64,000 nucleotides of DNA, from the NCBI GenBank assembly GCA_964187785.1, contig OZ076420.1:32302001-32366000 (forward strand), written 5' to 3'. The translations under genes and the position numbers were made by a program. Under the pieces are notes generated by a model. It made no database searches. It was not told the origin of the DNA and was given only the letters and a program-made list of their open reading frames with translations. Below, in pieces: positions 61,321-64,000 of the stretch; positions within the stretch are counted from its first letter, which is position 1, and each line of letters opens with the position of its first letter. The DNA is from Amphiscolops sp. MND2022. Taxonomy: Eukaryota.

Positions 61321-62399
61321 TCGACGGGGCCCAAAAATACCGAGTTTCATACATCAATCATATGTGATATGTTCACTAATAAGTAGCTAAAAGGTATTAT
61401 ATTTGCAAGTATTATGTATGGATAAACTACACATGTACATGTGTGCAATGCAGGTTATAGGTGCTATTTACGGTATTGCTTAGGAATGGTAACTAATAAT
61501 CGAATGAATCAATGTTTAACTTGCATGTTTTACGATGTGGTTGTATGAATTGAAACTAAATTGAGCACGAATTAGTGAATGCTATGAGGTAATTTAGTCA
61601 CAACTTGCAGATTGTAGATCGCTAATATACTTGTAGATAGTGGAAATTACAAAAAGTTTGACTAAATTACGGAAAAGTGCAATTTCGATTCAACCTCCAC
61701 TTCTCACTAACTACGCATCTTGACTAGTCTCCACTATTTTCCAATACGCGCGGTGACATAGCTACACCTTCCAGGAGTACACCGTCTTGACTGAGTCACG
61801 CTGAATGACCATTTTACGGATTATACAGATTACGCTCGTGAGGGATATCCATTTTACTGCTGTGTCTCGTAATGTTCACAAAAGCGCAGTTTCGATTCAA
61901 TAAACAATCGCGAAGTTTTTGCGTGTTTTCACGGGTTTTATTGTGTCTAAAATAGGTTTTTAACCTACTTTTCTAATCACAAGATACCAGAGCTCTCTTG
62001 AAGTCGTGTTTTCTTTACCAATTTTTTTTGCGCAACGACTCTGACTACTTTGTTTGATCATCGTTTGAATGGGAGTTTTAGTTTTTATTATGCTCATTTT
62101 TTGCTCTCTCTTCTTTCTCTCTCGGGTTTGTTTGCTACAAAATATCTGGCCCGCGACCACGGAACAGAAAATGACTAAGACTTCAAAACTTGAAATGCTT
62201 CCCGAAAACGCTCGATTGCTGGAACCAAAATGGAACGCGTTTTGGCAAAGATTTCACGATCTACACTAGAACGTCTCCCACTCTTTTCCGCCCAATTCCC
62301 AAACATTCAAGATTGGAGTGAAGGAACTAGATGATGGGAACGTGGAGCACGAAACGACTAACTACGGAAGATTTGAACAATCGTGCGATACCGGGAACT

Positions 62400-64000
62400 A
62401 GAAAAATTCATGACGCAGCAGCTGAGTTCGAGATAGAATTGACAAACCTCGCGGTTCAGTTCATTTTTTGTGGCTTCTAGCCCTTAAGAAAAATCCGTCA
62501 GGTTGGCGAATCTCGATCTGCCCCGTTCGTCCGGACGCTGCAGGGAATGGATGTCGTCCAATGATCCTTTTTCAGCCTCATTCGATTCAAACAAAACACT
62601 CTCCGATGCTCAAAAACTACTGCGCCTAAAAACATGTGTAGAGGAAGAACGAACTTTATCGTTTGATAAGTTCGCTGAATATCAAAAGTCAAACTATAGT
62701 GTCAAGTTGAACATTTTGCAGAAGCGTTACAAAAACAAAAACATCATCTTTTTCGAACATATCCTCTCTCTCGTAAGTTTCAACGCAATTGAACGTGGAG
62801 ACGCTACGGTTTTGAGGAAGTTGATTGAAAGAAAGGACAAAAAGTATCTTGTTCTCAAAATCTTGGCGTCGACGCCATCTCTCAGGGTCCTATCCTGAAA
62901 TACTCAGTCACGGAACGCCTTGGCGCTGTAACTAGAAATGATCAGGATCATTAAGCATCCGAAATTTCAGGCACAGAACTTCCGTCCTTAAGTGATTTGA
63001 AAACACATGAAGAAAGTACAGCAGTTTTTTTGAGGCTGTTTTTTGAAACTTCAGACGCCCAAATCGCAAAACTAGCTTGTTGTTTATGTAGCAGCCCACG
63101 GAAAAGGTCCGTACTGTAAGGATACACACAAAAACTACGTTTTTTAAAAAATGATTGCATCACTGATCGCCAAGAGAAAATAGTTCGCGAAAACAAGCAA
63201 TCTTTGTGTAAATTGATTTTCGCACTCTCTTCGAAGATGAAATCCTAACAAACGTCATCAATGTGTGATTCATGATGAATCAATCGCAGTAATTAGCTCG
63301 GCTGATCAGTTTTCCGCAATTTCCAGTTACGCTATTCAAATGGTCAAACGATTTTGTTACAGCACTCGGGTCTTGAACGTTGAAGACGGAATTTTCGTTG
63401 TCGCGCTCTTCTTGAGTCTGGAGCGAAATATAGCTTCAATACTGAACACTGGCTCCAGCTGTTGAAGTTAAAATATCGGAACTGCAACCTCACGATTCCA
63501 GGGGTTGGATGTGAAAACTTGGCGCAATCAAACAGTTTAGTTCATTTGCCTCTAGGCCACGATTATGATTTATAAGTTAAATGCGCTGTGTTGATTGATT
63601 TACTGAACACCCTTTCGACGAAACACTAGTGTAGTTTGAAAAAAGTCAAATTAGCTGATCCAAACATTAAAATACCCAGTTGCACCGACTTGCTTTTAGG
63701 CCTGGATTTATACAATCACATCGTACTTGAACCAAAAATTCAGCCAGAAAATGTTTTTTTTACGCGAAACAGTTTTTGGTTGGATAGTATCAGGCTGAAT
63801 CGGTGACACTGAGCGTTTGAATCGGGTTCACGTTGGCGTTGATCATTCCGACTTGAGTTTCGGGAGTGAGAGGAGGTACCGAATTCACAGACACTCCGCG
63901 GAAGAAGTCGCTTGTGAAGACCACTTCGTTGAAACTAGTAGGCGGCTCTTAGTGGCATAATTCAAGTTGAATTGCCGTTCAAAAACAAAAATTATCATGA
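62400..64000 (+). mobile_element. BEL/Pao LTR retrotransposon fragment (gag, protease region), decayed; may continue past the window
   Basis: LDLPRSSGRCREW..F...LSDAQKLLRLKTC...LQKRYKN (Pao gag, DUF1759-like), RALLESGA..SF (protease), PTDLLLGLD and ETVFGWIVSG (typical of the Pao protease region). Confidence 0.8.

Noticed and set aside
1-64000. CRISPR arrays, rRNA, tRNA genes, ribozymes, prokaryotic operons
   Set aside because: No regularly spaced repeat-spacer array, cloverleaf, rRNA-like segment or hammerhead/HDV core was seen; the spliced gene and LTR elements indicate eukaryotic nuclear DNA.

Overview
Repeat-dense, AT-rich metazoan genomic DNA with no rRNA, tRNA, CRISPR or prokaryotic operon features. 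The retroelement families remind me of acoel-type assemblies, but that is recall and unverified. The one host gene I can fully reconstruct is a + strand DEG/ENaC (ASC-family) channel: exons 12256-12875, 36482-36684, 39960-40443, 42237-42667, 43300-44002, all splice phases compatible, 805 aa from the ATG at 12279. It carries about four LDL-receptor class A (LDLa)-like repeats in the finger region of its ectodomain. A tandem paralog starts at 56842; it has an in-frame TAG and a 246-nt tract almost identical to copy 1. Nearly everything else is nested, decayed transposons. Two short-LTR Ty3/gypsy elements have matching TSDs (5425-11351, 44718-49062). A long-LTR gypsy element (25586-36057, TSD TAAGT) has its 5' end tandemly duplicated with a 2751-bp period. 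There are several more long LTRs, a BEL/Pao fragment, and LINE/DNA-transposon remnants. The long-LTR lineage shows two recurring features. First, an ORF inside the LTR is phased so that the LTR-terminal A plus the PBS TG forms an in-frame ATG. Second, a divergent sense/antisense accessory-ORF cassette sits upstream of the 3' LTR and includes a zinc-finger protein that may be hAT-derived. All alignments and counts were done by eye; no database searches were run.
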